Source: Leucoraja ocellata
Lineage: Eukaryota
NCBI GenBank assembly: GCA_036785375.1
Contig: JAWMAR010000015.1
Location: forward strand, 6,696,001-6,760,000
Direction: 5' to 3'
Length of the DNA: 64,000 nt
Each line of letters begins with the position of its first letter. The stretch's first letter is position 1. This document shows positions 1-15,400 of the stretch, one piece after another. The position numbers and the translations under genes were made by a program. Below the pieces are notes generated by a model. The model was not told where the DNA came from. It saw only the letters and a program-made list of their open reading frames with translations, and made no database searches.

Positions 1-420
1 GAACCCTTTGTCCCTGAGATAGGCACAAAATGCTGGAGTCTCTCAGCAGGTTAGGCAGCCATCTCTGGAGAAAACAAATAGGTGACGTTTCAGATCAGAC
101 TGATGAAGGGTCTTGACCCACCCCCCCACGGTCCCACCAACATTCTATAGTAATCCCATTCACCCTGTAAGGAGAGTGCCCCCTGACCTCCCTTAGGACC
201 CCCAGTCACCTCTAACCTTTCCACGGAAGGGGTTCCTGGCCAAACCCAGGCATCGGGTGTGGCCTGTCCCCCAGAGCCGGTGCTGTTGTCACTCGGTGCC
301 CCCGTGGTCCAGTTGCCGGTTTCCCGGTGTGAACACCAAGCCTGGGTCTGCAACATCACAGCCACAGATCACCGAGACCGACTCCCACCTCTGACGTCCT
401 TCTGTGTGTTTGTGTTTTAG

Positions 421-465
421 GAATATGACAGGCATGTTACAGCTATGAAGATTGCAGGGAAACAA
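421..465 (+). CDS. MICAL3: MICAL3 candidate exon, 45 nt ([15 protein letters not shown]), phase 0-0
   Basis: tgtgttttag acceptor, CAA|gtgagt donor and an open frame. Protein similarity is weak, so the call rests on splice signals and position. Confidence 0.6.
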
Positions 466-3400
466 GTGAGTTAGTACCCAGCATACAGAGAGTAGCAGAA
501 CCTATATCAAGTGACCCCTGAGCCCACTGAGCCCATGTAAAGAGTAGCCCCTGATCAACCATGGGGATGATCAGCATTGAATGGCGGTGCTGGCTCGAAG
601 GGCCGAATGGCCTACTCCTGCACCTATTGTCTATTGGCCCCTGACCCAATTGGTCATACAATGTAACCCCGGACCTTGTTTAACCTGTCTGCTGAGAAAT
701 TCCTGTCTGCCTTCACTCTGTGTGCAGAGGGAAACATCTTTCCCAATGACCCCATTTATGTGGTGACTTTGATCCCACTCACCTCATTGACCTAGCCTGA
801 CCATGCTTCACCCTGTGTACAGAGTGACCTCTCGCTCCATTCTACTCTGATCTTTCTCTCTTTAGCCTTCTGCACTCTTCCAATGAAAGTCAACATAGCT
901 GGAAGAAAATCACCAAATTAAGATTTACATTTTCAAATAACCTGCCTCTGAGCCTGAGCTGGCCAACACTGATGCAATGTCTCCTGTAACAATTGCTTGG
1001 ATTTTCTCTCCTTAGATGCCAAGTGTTCTAGTTACTCCAAGTTTTCACTTTTCAGATTTCCAGGGACTGCTTTGCTCTGCATCTCAATCCCAGCAATGCT
1101 TTATTTTCTCTCCTTTGCCCTTGTTCACCCTTTATTTACAATCCCTCCATTCAGGTTTGGAGGTTAATTGGCTTCTGTAAATTGTCCTTTGTGTTACGAT
1201 AGAACTAATAATGGGTGATTATTGGTCGGCACGGGCTCAGTGGGCTGAAGGGCCTGGTTTCATGCTGTGCCTCTAAATTAAACTGAACTAAAATGTAAAG
1301 CTTGTCTGCAGTCAGATTTTCAGCCTCATTATAAAATGGCATTTCTTATTTATTCAGAAATACTAGATTTTTCTAAAATAGAAACCGTAGATGCTGGTGA
1401 GATTCAGCAGATCAGGCAGCATCTATGGAGAAAGAAACAGGATCAATCTTGGCTTTTCCCATTCATCGCCCTGTCTTTGACTGCAACACTGGCATTAGTG
1501 TCACCTGGACAACACTGGACATCCTATCGCAGGTATTCCCTGTCATCAATGGACCTCTTACGTGCTAAGGGTGAATTTACCGATCTTCCATCGACCTCTT
1601 TACTGTCCTTGCGTTTTTGTTCTCTGCACTTTCCCTGTAGCTGTAATACCATTGTCTGCACTGATTCCTTTCTCACTTTGCACACTACCTGGTGTACTCG
1701 TGTATGGTATAATTTGCCTGGATAGCATGTAAAGCCAAGTTTATCACTGTGTCACAGTACGTGTGACAATAATAAACCAATACGCTTTGATTATTCACCT
1801 TTCAGTTCTGAACCTCAACATCTAGACCCCACTGAGAACACCATTGTACCTAGTGACCCTATGTACAGAATGACCCTTGGACCCACTGACCCTGTGTACA
1901 GAGTGAATCCTGAACCTGGTGACTAGTTCACAGATTTATCCCAAACACATTGACCCAGTATGCACTGTGTCCTCTATTCACACAAATGTAGTGTGCTGTG
2001 TGACCTTTTCACTAACCCAGCATTCGGTGCGGCCCCTCTTTGCTCTAATATCATAATGTGTTATCAACCCTGTGTACATTGACCACTGTCTGCACTGCCC
2101 CAGTGTACAGACAACTGACCCTCTGAATGGTGACCTCTGACCCACTGACCCTGTGTACAGTGATCACTGTCTGTACTGCCCAGTGTACTGTGACCCCTGA
2201 CCTAGTGGGCTGTGACCAGTGTTTGCACAACCCCAGTGTAGGCAGACTGGGAAAATCAGGTTGGTACAGGATCCCATGAGAAGGAATTGGTAGAGTGCCT
2301 ACGAGATGACTTTCTCGAGCAGCTTGTAGTCAAGCCGACTGGGGAAAGGGCAATTCTGGATTTGGTATTGTGTATGAGGAAAGATTCAGAAATCAGAGAT
2401 GCAAAGACACTTGGGAATGCTAGTTGCAGGATTCCCTAAAGGTTAATTTGCAAGTTGAATTGGTAGTAAGGAAGGCAAATGCAATTTCAAGAGAACTTAG
2501 AATATAAAAACTGGAATGTAATGATGAGGCTTTATAAGGCACTGGTCAGACCATATTTGGAGTATTGTGGGCAGTTTTTGGGCCTATATCTGAGGAAGGA
2601 TGCACTGGCATTGGAGAGGATCCAGAGCAGGATTACTAGAATGCTCCCGGGGATGAAAGGGTTAACGTATGATGAGCGTTTGACCGTACTGGGCCTGTAC
2701 TCGCTGGAGTTCAGAAAGATGAGGGGGAACCTCATTGAAGCTTTCAGAATTGTGAAAGGCCTGGATAGAGTGAATGTGGATAGGATGTTTCCACTAGAGG
2801 GAGAGTCCAGGACCAGAGGGCACAGCCTCCGAATAAAAAGACATTCCCTCAGAAAGGAGATGAGGAGGAATTTATTTAGTCAGAAAGTGGTGAATCTGTG
2901 GAATTCATTTCCATAGATGGCTGTGTAGGTGAAGTCATTGGGTATTTTCAAGGCGGAGATTCTTGATTAGTTAGGGTGTCACGGGTTATGGGGAGAAGAC
3001 AATGAGAATGGGGTTGAGAGGGAAAGATAGATCAGCCATGATTGAATGGCGGAATCGACTTGATGGGCCAAATGGCCTAATTCTGCTCCTATGACTTACG
3101 AACATCAACTCTGCTCGCTGTGGAACCTTCAGTGTTACTACTTTGGTTTACTGATCTTGCTCCATGTTCTGTCCATCCCTAAACACATTAAATTCAATGA
3201 AAAGTCCCTCCCCATTGCATGGTCTCTGGTTGTTGTGAAGTAAAACTCCATTAACCTGGCACACTTAGGACTTCTGGTAGTGCCAAATCAACATGTTTTC
3301 TAGACTATTAAAGTTATTCCTATTTCTACTCCAATACACTTGAATTTATCATTCATGTTACATAGTATTATAACCTTTCAGTGAAACTGTTAAGTTTAAA

Positions 3401-6400
3401 GGTTATGCAGTGACCAGGATCCTGGTGAGTATCGGGAGAGTGGGGGAACCAAGACTGTAATGAATTTCAGGAGAATGTGGGAACTAGAGGCCGGAAAAAT
3501 TTCAAGACATGCTATGAAACTACACTTGGCGAGCAAAGTATTGAGCCATCCTGTTTCCCAGTGTTCAGATAATAATTGATTATTGGAGTTGTACTGCAGC
3601 TGTATAAAACATTTTTGGAGAACTGTGTGTAACAGGAAGAATGGGAGATTTTGGAGAGGGCCACCAGGATATTGTCTGGATTGAAAAAGTATTTGTTCTA
3701 GGTAGAGTTTGGACAAACTTGCACTGTTTTCTCTGCAGGATTGAGGGGGTGACCTGATAAAATTATGAGAGTCCTAGATAGGGTAGTCAGAACCTTTTTC
3801 TTAGGGTGAAAATATTAAAGACTAGGCCTAGCTTTGTCAGAGGGAGAAAGTTTTAAGGAAATGTGCGGGGCTGGTCTTTTCACACAGTGGTGGGACACTG
3901 GAACATGCTCCCAGGGGAGATGTAGCAGCAGGCATATTAGCAACATTTAAGAGGCACTTAGACAGACGCTGGAGTAGACACAAGATAGAGTGAAATATTC
4001 TCGTATCATTACAGAGTAGTGGGCGCAGAATACAGCTACTCAAACATAATCATTCCAATATTGTTATAGCACTGGATTGGGGTTCATATCTCCGTGACTG
4101 CCTCTTAAACTCATAGAGCACAGAAACAGGCCCTTTGGCCCAACTCATCCATGCCAATCAAGATGCCCATCTAAGCTAACCCCATTTGCCCATGTTTAAC
4201 CCCTATCCTGCTTAAGCTTTGAAATACAAGAGGCACAGATGCTGGAATCTTGCATTAAAAAAACAGTCTACTGGAGGAGCTCAGTGGCCCACTTATGGGC
4301 CCATGGAGGGAAAAGGATAGTCAGGGTCTGTCCATTTCCCTCCACGAATGTTGGCTGTCCCACGGAGTTCTGCAGCAGATTGTGTTTTTTATCTCTAAAC
4401 CATTCTTAACCATGTACCTGTCCAGATGTCTTTTATGGAAAGAAAATGCTGGAGTAACTCAGCGGTAGAGGCACCATCTCTAGAGAGAAGGTTTTGGGTC
4501 GACACCCTTCTATTGACCTGCTGAGTTACTCCAGCATATTGTGTCCACCTTCGGTTTAAACCAGCATCTGCAGTTCCTTCCTACACATATGTCTTTTAAA
4601 TTCCATAATTGTACTTGGCTTTCTCTGGCATCTTGTTCCATAGTCGCATCACCCTCTGCGTGAAGAATTGCCTCGCGCATTTCCTTTAAATCTTTCCCCG
4701 CTGACCGTAAATCTGTGTCCTTTTGTTTTTGATTCCCCTGAGAAAAAGAGGGTGCATGCAGTTTATCTAAACCCTATTGGTTTTATACATCTTTATATCA
4801 CTCCTCAGTTTCCTACAGTCCAAGGAATAAACCCTTAGTCTGCCCAACCTCTCACTATAGCCCTGGCCCTCAAGATCTGTCAACATTCCCATAAGTCTTT
4901 TCAGCACTCGTTCCAGCTTAATGATGTATTTCCAACTGCAGGATGACCAAAACTGTGCACAATGCTCCAAGTGCATACTCTGGTACTGTCTTGTACGACT
5001 CCATTTGCCATTCCTCAGCCCACTTAGCTGATCAATCTGCTGTAATTATTGATAATCTTCTTCACTGTGATACTACTCTTGATTGTCCTTAATTGATTTT
5101 ACATAGATTGTAGTACGGTCTTCTATCCTAGATTGTGCTTAAGTATGGTTTGATTGTACTCGTGCGTTGTATAATTTGCCTGAATGGCCAATAGTGTACT
5201 TTCAGGATGGTGGAGTAGATATGTATGATAGAACTTTAAGCTTGGCGTTGCAGTTATGAAACAGAATTGCCCCAAGAGGTGTGGGGACATTAAACGTGAT
5301 ACAAATTGCTCATGAAGAGAATCTCATGCTCGCTTCCCCACCGTGTTGCTCTCTTTAGGAGGATCGACTCGCACACCCGAGTGGAAATGTCAAAACCTTG
5401 ACTGACAAGATCTTGTCCAAATCTGAGATTAACACTGCCGGACTGTGCCAAGGAGTGAAGAGACAGGTAGAGGCTGGTGGCTGAACAGGATGGGTTGGGT
5501 CAGTGTGAAATAGAGACTGGGTAGATGAGGAAACGTGTGTGAGCATTGGGGGGACAGGAGGAGAGGCAGAAGGAGAACATTCCGCCCCTTTTGTCCTATT
5601 CTGCCATTGATTAAGATCCTGGCTGATCTATAATCGCAGCACCCATTATTATATCTAAAACCCCATCGATGTCTTTCATGCTGGGGTTGGGAATGCCAAA
5701 GATTCACCTTCCAGGGAGCGTCACTATTTACACACATATATACACACTTCCACATGCGTCGGTTCCACATGCATCAGCAGACGCAAGAAAAATCCACTCT
5801 CTCAGCACAGGCAAACAGACATGCACGTGAACATGCACACTCCTCCCCACGCACACAAATTCTATCCAGATCCTAACTTATTCCATCGTCCCAAAACACA
5901 CACGCACGTGCACACACACGTGCACAATTCTGAACTGTATAACCTGGCGAAATAAATCAGGACTAGATAAAATGCTGGATAAATTAATATTATTTGAGGG
6001 ATGGAAGATAGCTTAAGTTGGAAAAGTTTTACCTGCTGCTTCGTTATTGCAACAGAGGATGGATGGGTGGTGTTTGTACTAGGTGCTGGAATGTGAGGAC
6101 CTACGGGTCTGGGCAATAGGACAGGTTCACGTAACTTTTCTTTTAAATCATTGTTCTTCCTTGGTTTTATAAACAGACAGAGCAAGTAAAGCAAGGCATT
6201 TCTGCTGCACTGTAACACACTCATTGGCCTCAGCCTGAACATTGTGATCTATTCAGGATCTCACACCTTCAGGGTGAAGGGACTGGAGCAGCGGCAGAGA
6301 TTTGCCGGGATGAGGTATCACGTAGCCCGAGTGCTCCCAGCAACCACTGAGCTCACCAGTCTCTGCCACTGACCTATATTGAGGTCTCAGACTGCTTCTT

Positions 6401-9400
6401 CTCACAAGCGGCCCTCTCCCAGCAGGCACTCTGCTGCCGGACAGCCTCAGGATGTCCCATTGCGGGATCACCATGTGCCACAACTTGCTTGACCACTGGT
6501 AGTCGGGGGCCACTCAGACATGCCCTCTGACCTCTTTGTCTCCAGGCCAACTGCAGTCAGCTTCTGCTGGCTCGGCATGTGCAAGCTACTCTTGGTCCCC
6601 ATTCCTTCTTGTTGTCTCTTGTCAGTCAATAAAATCGACACGAAGCCCCCCCCAAAATTGAAAAAGATAGCAACCATTGTGCTTAACAAAAAAGTTAAGC
6701 ACAATGGTGTTTGTATTTCTCATCACATTGAAGCAACTTATCCACAACAGTTTCTGCCAAATGGGCAGCTTCTCGATGTACAACAGAGATACAATGTATT
6801 TTGGGGAAAGCAACTGTTGTGCTATTTGAGATCAATGCAAGGCAGAAACATACAGCTATTTGGAGATTAGAATAGTCTCTTGTATTTCAGTCCACTTTGG
6901 ACTCTGGGTCCAGTGGGGAATTTCACTGAGGTAAGTAGGTCAATGAATGACAAATAGAGATTAATCCAGATAAGTGCAAGGCTTTGGAAGTGAATCTAGG
7001 GTAGAACGTTCACAATGAACAGCAGAGCTCCGGAGAGTGTTTTACAACAGAGGGACTAGGAATACAAGAATAACGTTCTCTGATAGTGGCATCCTAAATA
7101 GACAAGGTGATGAAAACGGCCTTTGGTACACTGGCCTTCATCAGTCAGGGCATTGAGTTTGGAAGTTGAGACTATATGTTGCAGTTGTACAGGATATTAG
7201 TAAGGCGTTAGCTGGAGTATTGTGTTTAGTTTTGGTCACCCTGCTAAGGAAAAGATGTCATTATGCTGCAGAGAGCACAACAAGGATTTAAGAAAATGTT
7301 GCCAGGAAGGCCTGAGTTTTAGGGAGAGCTTGGGCAGGCTAGGACTTTCTTCTTTGGAGTGTAGGAGGCTGAGGGTGAACTTATGGAAATGTTTTAAATC
7401 ATGAGAGGAATATATGCGTGAATACACAGAGTCTTTTGCCCCAGGATAGAGGAATCAAGAACTAGAAGGCATGAGTTTTAGATGAGAGGGCAGAGATTTA
7501 GTAGGAATATATGAGAGGCAACATTTTCACACAGAGGGTGGTAGGTATATGGAAAGAGATGCCAGTGGAAGTAGTTGAGGCCGGTACATTAACATTTAAA
7601 TGACACTTGGACGTACATAGATAGGAAAAGGTTAGAGCAATGTGGACCAGGCATGGGCAAATGGGAATAGCTTAGAAAGGAAGGACATGATTCCATTGGA
7701 ATTGGAGCATTTCCATTATAAAGAGAGACTGGATAGGCTGAATTTGGTTTTCTTTGAAGCGTTGGAGGCTTAAAAGGGTGACCTGGATTATGAGAATTGA
7801 TGTGTATTAAATGAGGAGGGCAGGATAGGGTTAAGAGTGAGGAACATTTTTAGAGATATTATAGGTGGAGGGGGGTGGATATTATAAATAATTTCCCCCT
7901 GGCAGGGGTGTTTGAGATGAGAGGACATGGGTTTAAGGTGCAGAGGTTTTGAGAGGATCTAATGTGTAATTTTTACACACTGAATATGGTTGGTTGGAAG
8001 CTGGAATGCTGCTTGAGGTAGTGGTGGAGGAAAAAACTGTCACAGTGTTTAAGAAGCAACTAGACATAACTTGAATCACAAAGACGTGGATTAAATGCAG
8101 GTAAATGGGATTAGTGTGGATGTCCAGTAATTAGCTTGGTCCTGATGGGCCAGAGGGCTTGTTTCTCTGTTGTAAAGTTCTATGTCTGTGGTGAATTCTA
8201 TGCACAGTTCCACGGAGAAAATTATGGAGGGCTGTATGGAGTGGTCTTTGATGAATTTGCTGGAGAGTCTAAGGATGATCTGAAGAGTCATTGAGTCCTT
8301 TGGCACAGAAACAGGCCCTTCAGCCTATCATTTCCAGGCTATCAAATACCCATCTACAATGGTCCCATTTACCAGCACGGGTCCATAGCCATCTATTCAT
8401 TTGCAATTCAAGCTCTTGTCTAGTTTCTGCCTCCACCACCATTGCATTCCAGATTCCAATCATTCTCTGGGTGACAAAAGGTCTTCCTTACATCCCTTCC
8501 AAACCTCTGACCCCTCACCCTAAATCTATTCCCTCAGTGTTAAATACTTTTGTAGGAAAATGATCCTCACTATCCTCACTCTATAGCGGAGTCAAGGGAT
8601 ATGGGGAGAATGCAGGAACGGGGTACTGATTGCGGGTGATCAGCCATGATCACAGTGAATGGCAGTGCTGGCTCGAAGGGCCGAATGGCCTACTCCTGCA
8701 CCTATTGTCTATCAAGTCCTCATCATTTAATACACACCCATTCTTGCCTCAGCCTCACCCATTCTAGGAAGACAAACCCAAGTTATCCATAGTCTCTTCA
8801 TAGCTGAAATGCTCCATCCCAAGCAACATCCAATTGAAACACCTCTGCACCCTCTGCAGCACAGTCACATTCCTCGATATAATCTGGTGGCCGGACCTGT
8901 ACACAATGTTTGAACTGCCCAACCAAAGTTTTATAAAGCTATATCAAGACCTCCCTGGTCTTATAGTCCATTCCCCAGATAATAAAGGGTCCTTTTTGTG
9001 GGGCCTCTTAAACTGTATCGACCTTCACTGTCGGCATCAGCGATCAAGGCACAGGAGGTTCCCGCAACAGAAATGCAGTAAGGATGGATCAGAACTGTGT
9101 AATTCACTGCGGTTTATGGAGAACACCACCCACAATGGTGAAGGAATGTTGGACAGTGAAAGGGGTGTTTAAATTAGCAATGGAATTTAGGAAAGGGAAA
9201 GAGATTCTGGAACGCAGTGAAAATGTAGGAGGAGATTTTGAAATGGGGTGAGAATATTTAACAAGTATTTGATATTTTTCCAAATAAAAGATTGGTTGTA
9301 GCGGAATGATTGCAGAAAGTATTTAAGGAATGGCGTTGAACGGAAAAGGGAGCAGACCAGATGTTTCCTGGGTTGGTGGGAAATGGTGATGGTTGCCTCA

Positions 9401-12400
9401 CGGATCTTCCCACTTGTACATGGATACAAGAGCAGTGATATTGGTGTCTGGAGGAAGGAACAAGTTCAAGTTCAAGTGAATTTATTGTCATGTGTCCCTG
9501 TATAGGACAATGAAATTCTTGCTTTGCTTCAACACACAGAACATTGTAGGCATTTACTACAAAACAGATAAGTGTGTCCATATACCATAATATAAATATA
9601 TACACACATGTTGAAAAGTTGATAGAAGGAATGGAGAAGATGGTGACGAGCTATGGGCAGCTTGGCAGAGGAATAAGTCACAACACAGGCAGCAATCGGT
9701 AGGGAAACAAAGTCGACTGCATTGGAAAGCAATGGTGATAGGAAGTGTAGAGGTTAGCAATGTTGACAGTGTTGGGGAATTTCGAGATTTCAAGAATGCA
9801 GATTTTAAAGCTATTGGCGGAAGCAAGAATTTAAAAAAGTAAAATGTGCCAATGGAGTTCTGGGTTCTAGGAGATGTTGAAAGTTACAAGGCCTGTACTA
9901 TACTGCATTTGTGGGCACAGCCTGGTCATTGGGACTAAAGTCCTGAAGATGTCATTATAAGAAGGGTGTGAAAGCTTTGGAAAGGAGAGGGATGAACAGA
10001 CCATGGTGAATCGGTGAATCAGTAACCAAGGCCACAGTCTGCAAATTATTTCTTGAAGGCCTTGAGCTTTCGTTCAATGAAGAAATAGAAATAACCCGAG
10101 AACAGGAAGGAAAGTCCTGGAAACACTCAGCAGGTCAGGCAGTATTGGTGGAGAGTGAGAAAGACTGCCAATGATTCGAGTCAATTACTTTTCATCGGAA
10201 CTGTCAGTGTGTGAGTTTGGATGTTGTTGCAGAGAAGCAGTACCTACTCGAGAAGTAAGATGGGAGAGAACCATGGGGGTACCAGAGGCTCCTTGTGTTG
10301 TGGGTGAATAAAGAGAAAGCACATCAGAGTGAGACCAGGTGCCAGCAGAACATCATCTGGTAGAAATCACTTCATGGAAGCGTCATGAAATTATACAGCA
10401 CGAAATAGTCCTTTCATCCCAACTCGCCCATGCTGACTAAGGTGACTTCCTGGGCTAGTCCCATATGTCTGCATTTGGCCCATATCCCTCTAAACGAGGA
10501 GATTGTATCAACCTTCACAAGACATTGCTTCAGCCACAGCCAAAATATTCTGCACACTGGAGGCTGCAAAAACTCACCAGAAGCAAAGGTGTACAGCTCA
10601 GAAGGAAGTAAATCTCTCACTTCCCAGCTCTTAGCCGACTAGATTTCAGCTGTTCAGGTACTATGAAGAGTTATTAAGGCGGCAGAAGTTTGTGGCTGGT
10701 ATATTATGTTGGATTTGCGGTCGGATGAAGAACGTATTATCAGAGCTCAATGAGCACAGACAACTCAAGTGAACTCTTTTCAGATCCTTGGGACAATCTG
10801 GATGCCAGTTGACTGTGGACCATTTTGCGATGTAACTTTCAGTACGAATTGGTCGTTAATTGGGTGTTAAAACACCTGCAAATCATCCCATTTTCAAACA
10901 AATGCGAAACATTTTTAAACAAGTCCTAATTCTCCCGTTTTTTTTCCTTTTGTTTGTCTTTGCCGTGTTCCGTGTACGTTGCACCCATGTATTGCCACCA
11001 TTACTCTGTTGCTTGCCCACTGTGTTGTCCTCCTCCTCCCTGCTCCCCCACTGCATGCTCACAGCGGCCAAACCTCTCATCGCAGGAGCATCCGTACAGC
11101 AGACAAAGAGAAGCAACACCACATGCTGCTGTTCCTCAATGGAAGCAGGTAAACATACATCTATATTCTCAAACCCTTGGTATCAAGCCCCGGAAACACT
11201 GGGTGAAGGTGAGGGGCCTGGAGTGTAATAAAAACGTGTTGATGGTGTTGAATGAGAGGAGGTCGGTGTGCATAAACACGGCTACAGACTACTCTGACCC
11301 TATTCTATGCTCTGTACTGTACAACCTTCATCTGATAATGGTGTAAGTAAACACTGGTGGAGAAGTGCACTTGGAGTGATAGTGTTCTGTATTGCATCCG
11401 TCTAATTCCTTCAGGAGCACAGAGAGTGAAGAGGAATTTGGGTAACTTGGTATTGCTGTGTATCAGCACTTGACTGAGCATTGCTGTCTCCATTGTTCTG
11501 CCTAACACCTGATCTTCTCCCCATCTTTCTGGCTGAAGGGAAGAGACATGCGGCAATTGCAAGTGTGTCCCAAGATGATTGTAATGCTTCCCTGGCCTGT
11601 TCCTGGCCCCTTACGATGCAGACAGGTGATGTCACAGCATGGCATTACTAGCTTCACCTGCGTGTTTGTGGCTTTAGGTGCTGATGTTTGATCCTACTCA
11701 CACCTGCCCATTGTTTTCCCTGGGTATCCTTGTAGTTCGCTGGGCTAAATCTTTCAGCCCTGATCATCTTCTCCATTTTTGGATTTTATTGACAAGGGCC
11801 CAGATCTAACCTTAAATTTTAAGTTCCGCATAGCTCTATGTGTCAGCGGGATGATTTGTGGCCTTGACTTAAGGTGCATCAGATGCTGTATAACAACCCT
11901 GCTCCAGTTACCAGAGATTGATTTGTGCAGTGTTTGCCCGGAGACTATTAGGTAGAACTGTTAGATGGAGGCTTCACACTGTTAACCTGTGCTAATCCTT
12001 CCCTAGAAGAGTTAGATAGCGGATTCTAGAGAGAGAACTCTGTCCTTAACCTTAACTTACACACCCCAGACTGTAGTCAATGGATCAGGTTAGAGGGAAC
12101 TTTGCCAAGCCATGCCTCACCTTCTCTGGGAAGGTTTGTTGGTGTAAACGGATCATCTAACTGACTGACCCTGAACTGAGCTGAGCTGCCCTTTCACACA
12201 GCAGCCTAGTGCAGGATACAAGCCTGCAGTGCCCGAGCCAGTCCCAGGTCCAGTCAGGTATTGCATGGACCCTCTGATCCCATGGGCAGTGGATTCCAAG
12301 TCGCTCTTCCTCTGCTCTGTGCTCAGATCACTTGCTGTACGTCAGCGCGCTCCAACCATTTGCTCCAGTGATGTACAATTGTCCATCTTCCTCTGTTGCC

Positions 12401-15400
12401 AATAAACATTTGTTCTTCAGGTGCAGGTTCAGTCAGCAGGTACACAGCTGATCACAGGCCAGAACCCTGTGGCTCCCCCTGCACCACCACTCAGTGATCC
12501 CCACCAGGTATGGCAGGGCTCTGTGGACGCATGACACTTCCCAGTGTGGTTGGACAGCTTCTTAACTCGCTACCACCACTAGCAGTGAGCTGACAACAGC
12601 ATGCCGTGTGAATGAATGAATGCATGGTGTTTGGACCTATGTGAGTCGAGGATCACTCTCTGTTGTGTGTGACGAGTGCTAAATATCACACTTACTGTTA
12701 AGTATTGCAGTGAATGTTTGACATACTTGATCTGTGTTAAAGCACTTCTGTAAAACAAGTCTCGGTTCTGACCAGGAATCCTTAGTCGCACTCACTGCTG
12801 TAACATCGATGTCTGGCACACTCTCCATTCTGTGTTACAGATGCCACGTTGGACAGTGTCATGTTACAGGAGTCTTGTGTTACTCATTGTTCCATGTTAC
12901 AGGGGCCATGCATTATAAACACACCCTTTTGTGTCACAGGAGTCTTGTGTTACGTTGCTCTGTGTTTCAGGCATCATATGTTACACTCACTGTAACGCAT
13001 GAACCCTGTATCATGGAACAGTGTAACACATGACTCCAGTAACAGTGTGCGTAACCCATGATTCATGTAACATGTAGCAGTGAATGTAACGCTTGATCCC
13101 AGAAGCTTGGTCCAGGGGTCATGCATAACTCTCACCGTTCCATGATACAGGAGCCATGTGTTACACGTGCTGTTCCATGTTACAAGAATCATATTCTGTG
13201 TGAGGGGAAGCATGTGCCCCAGTCACTATTCTACATTACAGGAGTTGCATAAAAATCAAAATATAGAGTTGCCAAAAATCTAAAGCAAAAGGGAAAAATA
13301 CTAGAAATATTTAGCAAATCGGGGTTTTTTGCCACCATTCCGTGTTCCAGAATATTTATTGGTTGTGTGACATCTTTACAGTTGCTCCTGATCCATGCTG
13401 TTTGTATCTTACTCCTGCTGTTGTGAATCTGTGTGAGGTGCCTATCACCGATACTGCTCAGCTCTCTGATCCATCTGGCACACTGGCTTGGTTCCATGTG
13501 TCGGAATTACTGCTAATGCTGCAAATCACACTCCCTTGTTCCATTGCCCCCACTCATCACTCGCACCTTGGTACATTCTGTCACTGAATCTTCTGCTCTC
13601 TGACGCCGAGAGGGGATACGGCACACGACACGGGCAAAGCAAAGCCAGCCAACCTTGTGAAGCCGTCCCTGCTGATACCTGGGTGTGAGGGCCGTCTCCA
13701 CAGACTTGTCAAGCAACAACCAAACGCTTGTCATCACAGAATCCTGCTGCTGATTCCTTTGCTGTAATCCCTGGTGATGTCAGAGGCAGCACTGGCAGCG
13801 CCCCAGGGTACGACGTCATTTGAGCAGGCTGGCCATTTGCTGTGGGTTGTAGTTGCCAGGCCAGGACTATGGTGTGAGCGCCTGACTTCCTCACCCATCT
13901 CCTTACAGTAGCACAGAGGCAGCGTTCATTGTGTAACCATGTGTAACCTCATGGTCTGGCATCCCGAGTCAAGGAGCCAAGTCTGAGTCAGCGAACAATC
14001 CCAGATGGATTGCGAGGAGCAGCCTCGGACTGAGGGATGTCACCACACGGTCAACAGTGCTACAGACAAAGATGGATCAACCCCATCATCACAGTAGGGT
14101 CTGACAAAATCCTCGAGTCCACTCACACAGGACTCAGCTTGAAGGACAAGGTCTCCACGGCACAACAGCAGAGAGTGGTTGCCAGAGACGCCGGTTGCAG
14201 GCACATCAGTTGCCGGAGAAGATGGTTGCCAGAGACCGGTGGTTTTCAGACACGGTGGATAATTGTTTTCCATTCATAACAGTATGGTTATAATGCGAGG
14301 CTGTGCATCCTGCAGACTTTGCTGCCCTTTCCATCATTGCACACTGGCCAGGGTGGGATGGAACATCCCATAATCGCCTGGTTAGGTGCATTGGTCCGCT
14401 CAACATTTCCTGCCCCACCACCGGTGAACCACACCTGCAGTCTGATCCATTAACAATGTGAGCTGCAGCAGCATGCTGAGGCATCTCCAACCACACCACC
14501 CTAACCCGTAATCACCACCACCCAGAGGGACAAGTGCAGTAAACACATGGGAACACCCCAACCCCCTGCTTCCCTCTACATTTCACACCTCCCCAGCTTG
14601 GGAGACGATGCCATCACTGGGTCCCAATCGTGGGACCACCTCCCCACTGCCCCTTCATCAGAAGGACTGTCAGTGGTTCAAGTACAGCAGATGGATCAAG
14701 GCCATTGGAGATGGGCAGTGAATGCAGTCCAAGTTGGCAACACTCACATCCTGGAAATGTATAACAAAGTCACCCTTCAGTTGCGGGAATCTTCAGACCC
14801 TTCGTTCTATTTTTATGGAAGTTCTTCGTCTCTCTTCTGTTCTGTGATGTGTATGATCTGGGCAATGTTAGAGTTGTACAGCATGGAAACAGTTCCTTCA
14901 GCTCAACTCATCCATGCTGACCAAGATATTATGTTAGTCTGATGAAGGGTTTCGGTCTGAAACGTTGCCTATTTCCTTCGCTCCATAGATGCTGCTGCAC
15001 CCGCTGAGTTTCTCCAGCTTTTTTGTGTACCTTCGATTTTCCAGCATCTACAGTTCCTTCTTAAACATTATGTTAGTCCCATTTGCCTGTGTCTGGCCAA
15101 TATCCCTCTCGGCCTCTGACCTTCATGTTAATCATTGTCTTATTATTCAGTCCAGTGATAAGACAGGAAGATTACCTGGCTTTCAACTCTCTACTGCTTC
15201 GTACTCACCTCTCTCTCCCCATTGTGTGCACTCAGTGAGGTTACAGTTCTGTACTTAATCTGACGTCTATCATACACGTACGGCTGGCCAGCCCTGGGCC
15301 AGGTACCCACATGGTGTGTACTCGAGGCTCACTAATAACAATAATGGTTTGCTGTGGTGCATGTTTAATTTTGTTTTCTAATCATAATGGAAGACATGGA

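Noticed and set aside
3239-3430. Possible Tigger/pogo-like TIR (agtaaaactcc...), with a similar motif near 44778
   Set aside because: I could not identify a matching partner TIR or TA duplication.
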